From positions 1,364,001 through 1,428,000 of the forward strand of contig JBLWGC010000230.1 in the NCBI GenBank assembly GCA_048772705.1: 64,000 nt of DNA, in the 5' to 3' direction. Shown here piece by piece: positions 33,606 through 47,641 of the stretch. Within the stretch, counting starts at the first letter, position 1. Each line of letters opens with the position of its first letter. The notes under the pieces were generated by a model that saw only the letters and a program-made list of their open reading frames with translations, was not told the origin of the DNA and searched no databases. This DNA comes from Leidyana gryllorum EB-2025a (Eukaryota; Protista; Apicomplexa). A program made the translations under genes and the position numbers.

Positions 33606-34772
33606 TCACTCGAGAACTACATCCGATTCGGCTGGCGAAGTTGCTAAGCTCTCTCGAGTCTCACGTATAAGCAGCGTGCATTGATCTTCCGTCTCTGTGA
33701 TGTGTACAAAGCGACAATAATTGCAATTCCCAACCCCTTTTCACTCACCCAAATCGGGCAGAAATATCATTTCGGTGCGCAAATCCAACAACCGTGGGAG
33801 AAGCTGGAACAGTCGCATCTCTGCATCCTCGGTTTCCAATTCCAGTTTGCTCAAACTGTCTCCCAAAGCTTGCTGCTTCCGCAACATCTCAGCAGCATGC
33901 CCTAAAGTCTCCTTCGTTCTCTCTGCCAACGCGGACGACTGGCGTGTAGCATCCTGTAGCTGTGACTGAGCTGTGCACCTTCTCAACTACCATTCGACCT
34001 ACCGAAATAGCCATCTTCTCTAACTTGCGTGTCTCGCGCAGCGCCTCGTCTGTGATCAATGTTGGGGTGTCTGGGGTGTCTGACACAGCCCTTGTCTCCG
34101 CTTCGTCATCATTTGTGACTGAAAGAAGTTGTGTTAATGGCGGAGGCTCAGACGAGGCTGCTGTACTAGCTAAAGATGGACGCCTGTCACTACTAATGTC
34201 ATCTGTTCTGATCCTTGGAAGCACCAGAGTGGGTCGTGTCAGCTGTGGGACGACGATTTTTTGGCCCCCCGGTGGCCACAATCTGGGTAGCCTACAATCG
34301 CTATAAACATCGAAAGAGTGGCTCCTTACAGCACTGAGGAGATGGATGGTGTGGTGGTCTCCCCCGCCCATCGTCGGTCGACACCCGTCTCCGATCCGAA
34401 AGTGCTTCTGGTCGGGCTGGTATGCGCAATGACAGCTTCCCTGCTTTCCGTGGTCTTTGGGTGCGCGTCGGGGGATGAGGTGAGTCGGCGATGACTGGCG
34501 CCCCCCAGTTCACTTCGGGGGGGAGGGCGCTTGTTTGCACCTTTCTTGACCCCTGCAAAGGGTGAGTGTTCCTTGTGCTTATCACTCATCGCCACAATGT
34601 TGTCTGTTGTTGATTTCGCACGACTGCTGTTGGTTGGGCACTGACCGGCTTGCGTCTGACATTCTCTTGTGACACTTTCAGCGCTTTGCACTGGACACGT
34701 GGACGAGAAAACGCTGTCCTGCACTTGTTTGAGACCGTCCAAACAATGGTCTTGCGCGGTCGTGGCAATCAT
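33606..34772 (-). CDS. Hypothetical protein with disordered N-terminal half and coiled-coil C-terminal half, multi-exon
   Basis: ORFs 34326-34772, 33889-34371 and 33741-33986 can be linked through GT-AG introns; final exon ends DVVLE-TGA. Confidence 0.55.
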
Positions 34773-34821
34773 GATCCCGGGTCTACCGACCGCACACGTG
34801 TGTGTTTTGTTGAACGACCAC

Positions 34822-37800
34822 TTAAGATGTCATTACGGATTTGGCGTTGCTCATACCCCGTCCAGGTACTTGTGTACTGTACGGCTGAGCGGGCAAGCGA
34901 CTCTGTGACAGTGTAAGAGATCTACCGACTGAAGTGTCATCTGAGTCCACAGTTAGTGGGACAGATGGTGCTTCAGTCGTCTGATAGGCTTTCGGAAGGA
35001 TGTTTGTGTCTTGGAAAGACATCCTCGGTCTCGGAAGTCTGGGCAAGGGAGGTGGAATGGGTGTTTCAGAAATTGTCAGATCGCGAGGAACTCGCTTGGG
35101 CGGTTTGATTTGAGTGATATTGACGAAGTCGTTCTTGGCAAGCCCAGGATACAAGATATCAGGTTGCTGGTGGATGAAGGCATCGGGGGGTGACCAAGAG
35201 TTGGGTTCGAGGCTCTGGGTGTAGAAGGAGTAATGGGGGCTAGACGGATGTGAGTCAAGGTGGGAAAACCGTGCGCCATTTTGATGTAAGCGGAATGGTT
35301 GGGTGACTGCTCTTGAAGGACTTCGGGAAGAGTGAGTCGGCGACTGTTGTTGGACATATGGTTGAGGAAGTCTGGACAGGGGACTCATGTGCGGCACAAC
35401 GGAGGACTTTGGGGACAGCATTCTGGGATTATTGTGAGGGGAGATGTCGGCGAGGAGAACCTCCTCGGTGGGAGGACGTCTGCTGGGTCGAACAGCCATG
35501 CGCTCCCGGGAGGCGTTGAAGTCAGTTCCTGTTCGTGTACGTTTTACATTGGTTCGGAATCCGCCGTTCTCGGTTGGCAAAGACGGGGATGCTCTGAGAC
35601 TCCTTGTTTGGGGAGGTCGGGTTGACGAGACCTCCTGGATATCGAGATTTGCGTCAACCCAGTTGCCGACATTCCTGAAGCCTCTCTCAACACGCGTCAT
35701 CATCATTTCCCCCATTTTCTTGAGGCCCTCTATGCCCGTCTTCCCCAGCTGACCCGCAAGAGAGCCAGTTTGCCGCTGGTCGAACAGGGGTTCTGTATTG
35801 GTGGCTTGACCCATGAGTGAAGCACCCGGTGGTGTAAGCATCAGACTTGCCCTCGCTGTAGATTGAGGATTTTTGGGGGTGGCTGCTGGCCACAATACCG
35901 ACAGTGCCAAAGGTAAGGGTGGTCCTCTGTGTACCAAGTCCCAAGTATCGCGTTGAGTGTCACTGGGACGGAACTGGTCCTGCTCTTCCCTCGGCGTTTC
36001 CAGAACAACATGACGATTACTCACACCACTATCCACCTGCTTCTCGTGCTCGTCGGCCTTGGAGGATCGACTGGGATCCACCAATATAGCTGTGTGGGCG
36101 ATCCCCAAAGCCACTTGGTCGGCTCTGTAAGGCAGACGGAGTGCGTGGGTGCTCAGAAGCGGCTCGTTGGCGACGTCGGCTTGCCTCGGTGATCTCGAAA
36201 CATTTCTCACCATCGAGAGGGCGCTCGCCTTTTGGTCTCCATGAATGAGTTTGTGGAGCTGAAGCCAATTTCGTTGGGTGCTCAACTCAAACACCCGTGG
36301 TAGACATGGAGTCCGCATATGATCTCGCCAGTTGGGAGGCGCCAGCTGTGGACGTCCCACCTCCAATAGCGTCCCTTCACGCGTGCGGGCAATCATCAAC
36401 GGACCGCCGGGACAGAAGGACACATCCTGAACCGTGGTATCGCCTTTCCCCACTTTCAGTGGGATACCACTTGAGGCATCAGCAACACCAAGACAGCAGC
36501 AGTCGTTGCATCCCCAGACGAACAGCTGATTGTCTGCAGTGATCGCCGCCGCGCTAGCGCCTCCGGTGCTCAAGTGTTTTAGTGCTACGCCCGACGGAAT
36601 GCGAACGGGTTCCGGGAACATGCAAGCCCCAATATGGTCGTGACCGGTGTTAGTCAACAGGCTTTGCAGCTCAGTGGCGCTCAACTCGAAACTGGGGATT
36701 CGAATCGACTGTCGATCCAAAGAGGTGCCCAACCCTAATTGCCCGAGTTCGTTCTGCCCCCACGCCAGGGTGATCATCCGTTGAGCTGGTCCTTCTACTC
36801 TTCCGGTGACCCCATTCTTGACCAGTATACCTTGGGCGATTGTGTGCGCTTCACCGCAAGCAACTGTGTAGAATTCCACCCGATACATTGTTGGGAACTT
36901 CAGATGGGCCATCGCTGCACTCAGGAGCGCAGATGGTGCCGCAGGCATCACAATGATCAACTGATTTGATAAAGGCGAGTATGTGACACAGCCTTGATCA
37001 AACAGTTCTTTCAGCGGGGTACGATAATAAGAGTCATGTGTGCCACCAAGTAGTGAGCTCGAAGATCTTAAGCTCCCACTGGACAGACTTTTACGAACAG
37101 CCCGGCGTTGTGAGTGTGTCATGTGTTTCAACCAGGCGTCTGTGCGCGAACACACACCTTTCAACTCGGTTGCCAATTCGGTAATGGTGCGAATAATGTC
37201 TTCAGCTAATGCTGTCGGACTCACTGGTGAGGTGGTACGCGCTGAGACATCCACAACATAGATGCTGAGCTCAACGGGGTTTGCCTCGAAGTACTTGTGA
37301 GTGCTAAGACTTGAGCAGCTACTATTTCGCCGCATACTGCCAGCCCGATTGGCCGCTGCACTGGAGGTCGCTTGGGGACTTGGCAATCCCAGCTGGCCTG
37401 CATCTCCTTGTCCCCAGACATATAAGCGTCCATCAGGCTCGTATATGGCGGCGGCGTGAAGAGCACCACAGCTCACTTGTAGACACCTGCCACTGGGGAT
37501 TGTGACTATTCCAGGAAGACCGAGGTCCACGTTGCCTCGTCCCAGACAGCCGCTATTGGCAGACCCGAAGGATAGTAGGCGGCCGTCTTCCAATATAGCC
37601 ATTGTGAAGTCACTGCCACACTGGACATCTGAGACTTTTAGGCGCTCTCCTGTGTCCGAGTCGTAGAAGGCGAGGCGAACGGGCCGGCATACACTCCAAG
37701 GGAGATGGAAGTTCTCATCACTGAAGTCTGGTGAGCGATGAGTGGTTCTTCCAAGTTGATAATGGTAAAAGTGTCTGCTACCCATAGTGGCCAGCATAGT

Positions 37801-40800
37801 TTGGTGCCTTTGATCTCGTTGGTAAAGTCTCTCCATGCAGTTGGGTCCCGGGCTGCCCGAGTGTACCGATTGACTCCAGGATCCCCGCCGGTCCCCGGTG
37901 TTATCCAGTTGTTGCATCAGAAAGCCCAGCTGTCCGTCACGGGTACTCCCAATGGCAAGCATACTGCCATCGCGAAGGACGACTAAAGTATGTTGCTCGC
38001 CACAAGCCACCTTTCGGCAAGCCATTCCGTCAGAACCACTTCCGAGAACGCTGAGTGGGAAGACATCATCGCCCGCAGGATCCAACAAAACGGGGACGGG
38101 TTGGTGAGCAGCCCAAAAGTCGGAGCCGCGTTTGAGCAAAGCGCTGTTTTCCAGTCGCAGACTCATGTCTACGGACGCAAGGGCGGAGTCGTGACGTAGT
38201 GCTCGAGGTCGACCCAACCCGAGTACTGCGCTGACTCCATTCTGCCCTGCAGCCCAGAGACTGGTACATTTTCTCAAGACATTGTACCTCAACCTCAGAC
38301 GCTGACGAGCCTCTGTTCTGGTCAACGAGAGTTCGACGCGTGTGGGCAGAGCCGACGTCCCGAGTATTTCGACCGAGTCCGACAGTTCTCTGAATTGACG
38401 GAGAGCAGCGTGATCCAGAGTCTCGCAGTCTCCGGGATCGTCATAATTGGTGCAGGAAGCGCATCCTCCCCCAATCAAGTTATACAAGAGCAAGCTACAC
38501 ATATCAAAGTGTAGGTTCGCCTGATCCTCGCTATTTATCAGAGACGGCGGGATGTCTTTGGCGTCAAATAGTTCCATTGCAGACAATATGCCGCCCGCGG
38601 CTGTCTCGTCACATTCTTGCGAGACGAGGTGAGCGTCATCTACGCACAATCGCGCTCTGCTCTTGTAGTTCTTGGGTGGTAAAACGGGTGGGCCCAGGGC
38701 CCAGTTCGGCACCTCCTGGTCCAGATGAGAGCGTATGAAGCGCCCGAGTGTCGAGAAAAGGACTGTCAAGTCTTCATCTTCCAAATAGAAAGCAGCATGA
38801 GTCAACCCACACACTGCCCAGTAGCCAATGATCAGAAGAGCCTTCTCCAAAGCTTTTGGCTGCTTTCGCTCTGCCCGGAGGCGGACTACGCTTTGGGCGC
38901 CCTCTTCTGTAGTTTTGGTCATCTGTACCCATCTACCGAAGGATAAGTGAAGAGTGTACTCGACCACCAGTTCCAGAGCCCCAATGAGAGATCTCGCGTT
39001 GCCAGTAACAATGTCGATAACAGCCGTGGTAAAGTGTTTCATGAGATGCGCAACAGTAATGTCCGCCCCGCTCGCACGAGCCAAATCTTCAAACCATAAC
39101 AGCTTCGGAATGGCGTCTTCAAGATACCGACAAATCTTGTTGGCAACTTGTCGTTGATCTTTCTTGACGGTGGCTAAGTGATTTGCCATGCAGAGAGTCA
39201 TGAGAGTGCCTTCCACCAGTCCGTGAGACACCAGAGGAGCAACGACTCGATCGTATGCCATCGCCCTGGAATGTTAAATTTGAGCACCACTGTCACACAC
39301 GGCAATCACTTACATTGAGATTTCCAACGCCGCGGCCATCTCCATCTTCTGATATGGTTCAACACGCTTTTGAGGTGCGGAGTCTCCGGCTTGTGGGACG
39401 GAAGTCGCCGGATCAATCTTCTCAACACTGGGGTTGGCGGAACTCACACGTGAGGCTGCGTTTTGCTCAGTGGGAGTGGCCCCAGATGGTTTGGTTGGCG
39501 TAGGTACAGCAGGATTGGGAGAGACGACCAATTTACTCAAGTTGTTTCCGTGGAGAGAGACGTCGCCGAACCCAGATAGGGCTCGACAGAGACTGCAGTT
39601 GAGCTTGAACACCTTCCCCAGACGCTCGACCGATACCTTCACCTGCTCCCCAACAGCGATCAGATTCTTGCCGCCCAACTCTAATGTCAGGAAATGGGTG
39701 CGATCACGAGACAACGGTGGCAGCGGAAAGAGAGGCTTTGTGGTGAGGAGTTGTGTAGTGTTCTCTTCCTGGCGAGCAATTCCCAGAAACCAGAATGTGA
39801 GGGCGGCAATCCGACTTGTGCTGGCACACACCACGTCAGTCATCATGGCGAGTATTGAGCGGCAATCCAATCGTTGGAGAGCTCGCGCATTGGGGGCGAG
39901 CTTCAAATGCATAGCTACACGATAGTTGGACGTGTCGGAAGTGGAGATCTCCGTCCAGAGCAATTGTATTGCTTGGTACAATAGGATTTGGACAAAGTGG
40001 GCCTGGAGAGGTTCTTCTTTTGCTAAGCGCAAACCAAAGTGGACTGTCTCCAAGGGTAAGTACCGCTGGAACAATTTGGCCATCAGCAGCACAACAGTCT
40101 CCCGGAAGGCGCGTTCGTGCTCGTTGATATCCCACTCGGCGGGATTGTACACACCATTCATTGGCGGCAATACACAAGTGACGATGGATGGAGCACCGCC
40201 GCTGTTCTCGCCGCCTCCGAGTATGGCAGTGGATTCCATAGAGGCAGAAGCACCCCCTCCCTCGCTGTTGAGCCCAGTCATAGCATTGCTCGACTGAGTC
40301 GGGGGAGCACTTCGGCGCATTTTCTTGCGCACTTCGCATTGAAGGTGTCGGTCGCGGTCTTCCTGTTTCAAGCGTTTGAGACTGTCGCCAATTATCATAG
40401 CGGATGCGGTGAGTAAAAGCACATCGTCAGTCTCCGATGCGCTTTCATTCCACTTTCTGTTTTTGCCCAACTCCTTGGCCACCAAGAACGGCCATCCAGT
40501 CAACATGAATAGAGACTTGTATGGATCAGTGGCCGGCAGATCTTCTCGGTCTCCCAAGTCATAAAGCAGGAAACCGCACTTGAGGTGCTGGTCTCCGCTT
40601 CGTGCGAAGAGACCAAAGGCTTCAGTCACAAAGGGGCGGTAGTCATGGCGCACCAGCGTCTGCAGTGCTCGGAAGAGCGCGCCGCACCGCTCATTTAGCG
40701 GGATTTTGGTGGCATTCTGGCCGTCAGGGGTCTGTTGGAGAGCATTCTCCGTCAGTTGACGATCTGTCTCGGATCCGAGCACCGCGTCAGCCATATCCAT

Positions 40801-43623
40801 TGCGATGGGCAACATCACCATCGGGCGATCCATCATAGACACCAGAAAGATCGGTTTGCGTCCGAGATAGAACCGACGAACACGGCCTCGCAGATCAGTG
40901 TTGAGTGCAGCAGCGAGATCTGAGGTCTCTTGCGCGATCTCATCTGGCGTAGAATTGTGTACAGTGAACACTTTTGGCAGTGTTATGAGCTTCCAGACCG
41001 GTTCCTTCTTTGGTTCCATGGCGAAGCCGCATAGAGCGGCATATTGTCGGTTAGGGAAACGAGAGGAAGAGTCATAACGGCTCAGCCAAACAGCCGTGCC
41101 AATGTCATTCGAACGCCATTCAATTATACGAGGGAATGCCACAAGTAACTCCGACTCAATCTTATCCGGTAACGACGAATGTGGACCGTCGTAGGTCAGT
41201 TGCACCGGAATGTCCTCCGGCTGACGCGCCCCAGCTTGAACAGGTGCTCGAGAGTCTGGACCTCCATACAACTTTTCCAACATTCGCAGCTCCTTGACGT
41301 AAGCTCCTACCGATGGGGCCGAATCGCACTGCACCCACGGACCCTTCCAGCCATTCACCGGGTCTCTTCGACCCCAACTGTCCACGTGACTTCGTTCCCA
41401 GCCCGGAAACGTCCCGGCCCACACATAGACCGGCGTAACGGCAGCAAACTCGGTCATGTGATAGAAACCGGAGGTGCTGCGGAACTTCTCGTGGAGACGC
41501 TTGGTAGTTGGGCAGGCGACCGAGTTGAGGATATGGCGAACCGGCACAGAGTCTGGGGGCAGAACGCCAAGACAGGTTGTCAGCAACAAGTTGCCCACCT
41601 TCAGACCCCGATGTAACTCAGTTAAAAGTACCGCAACGTCGTTCTTCCCCAACGCTGTGCGCAGTCGCTCTGATGGATTGGGAACCTGCTCGAGGATCAA
41701 TTGACGCCCCTTTTCGGTCAGGAAGCAATGCACTATGAGCATTGCAGCCGAGACAAACTCAGCAACAGCAACCCATAATGCCGATTGGAGATAACTGCGG
41801 ATATGGAGACTTGTGATTCTCGGGATGGCACTTTGCAGAGCCTCGTCGCTCCCAGGGTGAGGGGGAGGCGAAACTGTGACGGTAAAGTCAGAGATCAGAA
41901 ACAGCTGCAGGTCAAGCGCGTCCGGATGGAGACTTGACAACACACTCGACTTGGACGTGGAGCGAGCTCGAGGCAATCGTATTGGACGAGGCTCGTAAAT
42001 CCAAACTTTAGCCGGACAGTTAGTCGGAACATGCGTTATGGCCCACACCAAGAAGTCGGGGAAATCCGACAGCGGTCGCCCCTCTACTTTTAAGGGTTTC
42101 GGTAATGCTATGGGATCAGGCGGCCAACCCGGACTGATCCCTCCAGTCACTGTGTACCGCAGATTCTCGGCGCACAAAGGGGGCTCCTCTGAAATGATGA
42201 ACTCATCCCTCGTCGAATTGGGTATGCGATATCGGGCGGCATATAGAGGCGGTTTGCGACTTATCTGTGATGCCAAGGGATGCGCCCATTCCACATTCAG
42301 TTTCGGCATCTCTGATGTCGCAAATGGGTCTTGATAATTAGACACTTGAATCTCCGAAAAGTCGTGTAGGGTTACTTCCCACACAACATAGGTCATGTCT
42401 GGAAGACAACGTATGCATAACGCTACTTCATGTTGTGTCATTGTCTGAATAAAACGAGCCAAAATGAGCGCCTGTTCTTCTGAATCTTTGCGCCATTCAC
42501 TAGCCGATAGCGTTGTAGCCCAAGGCCCTCCGGGATGGAAGGCTTTGGAGCAGCTCGCAGCAGCTCGCTTGTTTAATTGAAACGAATCGGTGGGCCGCGA
42601 CAACGAGATCGTGGTTTTAACTTTCTCGTACGTCAGCGTGCGTGCACTGGAATCTCTTCCCACGGCGCCTGCCATAGTGGTGGCAGTCCAGGAAATGACC
42701 GATATATCCACCACAGACAGTGGACAGGGCTTAGTCCGCATTGGGCCGCGCTTCAATATCTAAGAGCAGCAACAGATAGTGTGTGCTCGGAGACACGGTT
42801 GCCACTTACCAGCTTAGCGCAGCAGTCATCCAATATATACAAGAGTTCTTTCTCATTAGGGGCCCAGGTAAGTCGCCAAACTGCATACAACGGAAATTGG
42901 CGCATCGAGCAAAGCCGGCTGCTTACAGCTGTTAGCATTAGCACCACCGGGAGTGGAACCATCCTGACAAGGCGGTCTCCCGAATAGCTGCTGTCGAGTG
43001 TAGTGAAGGAGGTCGTAGTCGCGGAGTGGGGGGAAAACGTAGGGCGCGGCACGAACGAGTACATTGCGGCATAACTGTGGCTCTCTTTCGAGCTCCGACA
43101 GATTGTTTGCCAGACGGAATACTCCCCACTTGAGTGGGGTCATCCAGACGGGCGGCGTATGCTGGGAGGCAAGATCGTTGATAGCCCATAGCAAGCCGGC
43201 GATCTGCATCCCGTGAGAGAGCCAAGTAGCTCTGTCGCCAGCATAGAAAGGACACAAGCACGAAGGAGTCTGCGGATGCGAACGTTCGGTCTGTCCTCTA
43301 GAAGGTGAAAGGCTGTTCCGATTGGGGGAGTGACCTCGTTTGCCGAGACCAGCTGGGTAAGACTGTCGGAGATGAATCTGGAAAGGGCAGACGAATACGC
43401 GGTCCCCAGCTTTATACATGAGGCCAGCATCGGTCCTAATGGAACCATGGTCGACTTCGAGTGGCAGGTCGTGATTGGGTACAGCTGTGGACTCGCGTTC
43501 TTCCGTTGACACAACCTCAATTGTGGGGCAGGACGGCAGTAACTGTCGAGTTTGTGGCTGGATGGGAGACTGGACCTGGGTACACTGAAAGGAACGGACC
43601 AAGCTTCGGATCCGCCTCCGCAT
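34822..43623 (-). CDS. Very large RCC1-repeat protein (probably about 2900 aa; exons include ORFs 42856-43623, 39310-42756 and 34822-39261)
   Basis: RCC1 blades VACGEQHTL, VQCGSDFTM, VSCGALHAA, VWGQGDAGQLGL, AWGQNELGQLGLG. A GTAAG...CCAG intron links the two large ORFs; inclusion of the first ORF is inferred. Confidence 0.78.
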
Positions 43624-43644
43624 GTTTCACAAGCAACAAGCTTT

Positions 43645-44584
43645 TTAGTTTCTTGGTGCGGCTAATAGGGCTCCTATCATCCACTTAAAGGCCTCCTCTA
43701 TGCCTTCCCCATCTGTGGCCGAGCAGTAAAAGACACGCCTGCGATATAAGTCTGTCTTTTGCACTTTTGAAAGTCCCCCCTACTGACCATTCTTTCTGCA
43801 TTAGGCTTGGATGTGACATTATGGCGGAGACCTCTTTCAAGATTGAGGTGTGTTGCGGAGCTTTGTTTCGACCGACGGGCGAAACCAAAGGACTGCTGAC
43901 GCTCATGAGTTCGGGGTCGTCGCAGGCCGACCGTGGGGAGGGTACGACTCGGCTGGGGCTGGCAGCAGCCCGTGAGTCGGCGAGTTTGCGGGGGGAGACG
44001 TCAGGGGTGCTGAAAGCGATCTCAGGAGCTGAGCGATTACTGTTGGACTGAACCATCAAGTCGCATTTGGTCACTAGGATCAGCAGAACGGAGGCCTTGA
44101 AGAAGACGTCCATGAAAGGCTGCATGAGTTTAGCAGCTGGAGGTGTCTGTGCTTTCAGTCAGCGATTGGGGGAGATATTTACCTAAAGCAAGGCGGCCTC
44201 TATCGTGACCGTCGATGACAAAGACAATAGCATCTGGATGGCGCATCGGATGGGCGTGTGGAGGGAGATTTAGCCATCGAGCAGTGCTCTGGGGGTACGT
44301 ACAATGAGACAGTCTGCTCTGGGAGCGCGACCTACGATATCGTCTTCCTCAATGTCCGCGGAATCGTAGATGATCAGATTTGCATTACCAACGCGTGCAG
44401 AACTAATCTCAAGGCCATCTGTATGCGTGATGGGCTCATCACACTTGGTGATGTAGCGAATGATGCTTGTCTTGCCAGAATAGCTAGGCCCGCCGAATCG
44501 GATATGAAAAGTACGTGTGCCTGTCAGGCACTCGCGGCACCAGGCTGGAACGACTGGCGCTACACATTGCAGCAGAGCGTCCAT
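43645..44584 (-). CDS. Atypical Arf-like (ARL) small GTPase with Ser/Pro-rich insertion, multi-exon
   Basis: G1 GPSYSGKTS, HTDG (cf. PTxG), IYDSAD (degenerate DxxGQ), AIVFVIDG, LVTKCDL (cf. NKxD), and after splicing WRVFYCSATDGEGIEEAFKWM. Confidence 0.72.
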
Positions 44585-44733
44585 AGTTTTTGGCTGCAGC
44601 GCAATGCATTAGCTTGAACAGGGCCTGTACACCCTTGAATGGTCCACCCTGTGTGCGATGAGACACCGATTCGGGCAACTCAAATTATTTTACATCCTCA
44701 CCACTCCTCGCCCCTTTCCAAGCAGTTATCACC

Positions 44734-45454
<721 letters not shown>

Positions 45455-45731
45455 GAAGAGAAGTATCCTTTGATCCAACTGTTCTATCCTCTCTCTCTCT
45501 GCTTGCCGCTCCTGTGTGATAGTGCTGGGAGGTCCTACATGACGGAACAACAACAGCAACTACCACTACTTCCAACGACGATTCATCCAATACCCACCCC
45601 CCAAATGATTAACCTTTCAAACAACAAAGTAGTCACAGCGCATTACTTCTACAGCAACGGCCGACGACGACAGGAGGAATTGAAGTGGATTGATTATACG
45701 TGTAGAAATCGAGAGAGGTGTGTTCTTTTTA

Positions 45732-46536
45732 TTACTGGATATATTTCTTCAAGAAACGTTGGTGAAACGGACTTCGAACAGCGTCATTGATGAATTTCGG
45801 CTTCTTGTTCCGCTCCTCTTTCAGCGGAACTCGAAACACCGCCTCCTCTTCCCAACTCCGCTGCACTTTCGTCTCCTGCAACGACTCGGCAATCCTTTGT
45901 AACTGTGATTTCTCCTCTGCCTCCGCCTTAGCTTCCTTTATAGCCTCTCTCTCTCGCCTCAAAGCCTCTAACTCTCTTTGTAACTCGGCTTCATCGTCTT
46001 CACTGTCGTCGTCACTGCTGCTGGCCGCCTCGCCGTCGCTCTCGTCACCACCTGTCGGTCGTGGCCTGAGCAATAGAGAATCATTCAACCGAAACCCTCT
46101 CCAAAAGCGACTTACGGTGATCCATCTGCCGGGTCTTCGGAACCTTGGCTCGGCGCCGCTCGTTTACGGGCACCACCACTGTCAGCGTCGTCTTCAGAGT
46201 CACTGTGATGCTTTATAAAGTCGGCATCGCGGTCGACCTCCACCAATTTGGCCAAATTCCTACGAGAAAGGCAGTCAACGAGTGTGTTTGCAAAACGTGC
46301 GCTTACTCATCCAAAGTTGCCAGAGACGCGTAAGACTGCGCTTGATCGATATATGACGCAGCCGAAGAAGGGGGCAATGAATGGGTTTCGCGTTTGATGA
46401 CTCTCCTTCTTTTCAAAGTACGTTGACTTGGCGTATCACGGCTAGAGACTTTGGTTGTTGGAATTGAGCTAAGGTTTCCGCCCTGATTGGATCCTCCCAA
46501 GGCGGGAATATAGGTGGGTCGTTGCGCGCCACTCAT
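45732..46536 (-). CDS. CWC15: Spliceosome-associated protein Cwc15/Cwf15, multi-exon
   Basis: MSGAQRPTYIPALGG, SSRDTPSQRTLK, ELQRELEALRRER, FINDAVRSPFHQRFLKKYI. Confidence 0.92.
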
Positions 46537-46552
46537 AAAAGGGTGCAAAAAA

Positions 46553-47244
46553 CTACTGTTTCTTCTTGGTCACAGCAAGGGAGGTATTAGCGGAATCTCG
46601 ACGCGCTCGTGCAATAGCGCCCGAGGCAACCCAGGTGACGGCCAGGGCAGACAGTGCCGAGCCTATTGACATGCCAACTATGAGGAGAGCTGCGCCGGCT
46701 GCTTTCTTGTTATCCTTGATCTGCTCCAAATCCGAGGCCAGGGCCTCCAAACCCACTATAATTTGACCCCAAAAGGTCAGCGGGACCGGAACATCCATAT
46801 GCTCCGCCTCCTTGTAGCCCTCCCGGACAAATTTAGCCAAACTCGGAACATCACGAGTCCCTCTGTATTTGTACATCTTGTTGTCCTATACACACATAGC
46901 AGCAGTCTGTGGTGGTAGAAAGGAGAACTCACTCTGAAGTATACGAGAGTGGGGTAGGCAGGGACATCAAATCGAGTGCAGATCTTCTTGTTGTTGACAC
47001 AGTCCACTTCAGCTACATTGATCTGATCATCGTGCACTTCATCCACCAGCTTCTCCCATATCGGTGCCAGTCTCTTGCAGTGCCCACACCAAGGCGCATA
47101 GAACTTAATGAACCAGGGCCCTGTCGTCATCCCTTCACCAATCTGAGTGTCATGGGTGAAGTTCCTGTCGGCTAACTGAATGACATTCGTGGCAACAGCG
47201 GCCAAAGCCGACAAGTACAGTGTCGCCAATCCAACAAACTTCAT
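46553..47244 (-). CDS. Thioredoxin/PDI-domain type I membrane protein (TMX-like) with di-lysine ER-retrieval tail
   Basis: Signal peptide, WFIKFYAPWCGHCKRLAP, YKYRGTR, C-terminal TM, ends VTKKKQ; one intron. Confidence 0.9.
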
Positions 47245-47641
47245 ATTTTTCGCCCACGACACACTAACGTAATCTTTATAACCTTCAGTTTACTTCTACT
47301 CTCCCCTTGAGTTTCTTATTGTTGTCGTGTCAGTGCGGTGCTACAAAAATCTCGCTCCACCCGAGATCCACAACTTCACCGTCCATTGTCCTAAAATGCC
47401 AACAGTTGCAGCCATACTTGTACCAGAGCTGTGACTATTGCTGGTGGCGCAGCGAGTGTGAGACAACAGGCATCACAATCTATCTTTGTGGCTTGGAAAA
47501 TAAGAACCAGCTATCCAACCAGGAAACATAGCTGATTCGGCCATACCAATACTTCTTCTCCTCCGCTTGGTCAGCTGCGGGCCTTACGTGCGTGTGCAGC
47601 CAGCCGATTTCTCCCCCCATCTTCTGTGTCTCAGTGTCTTT

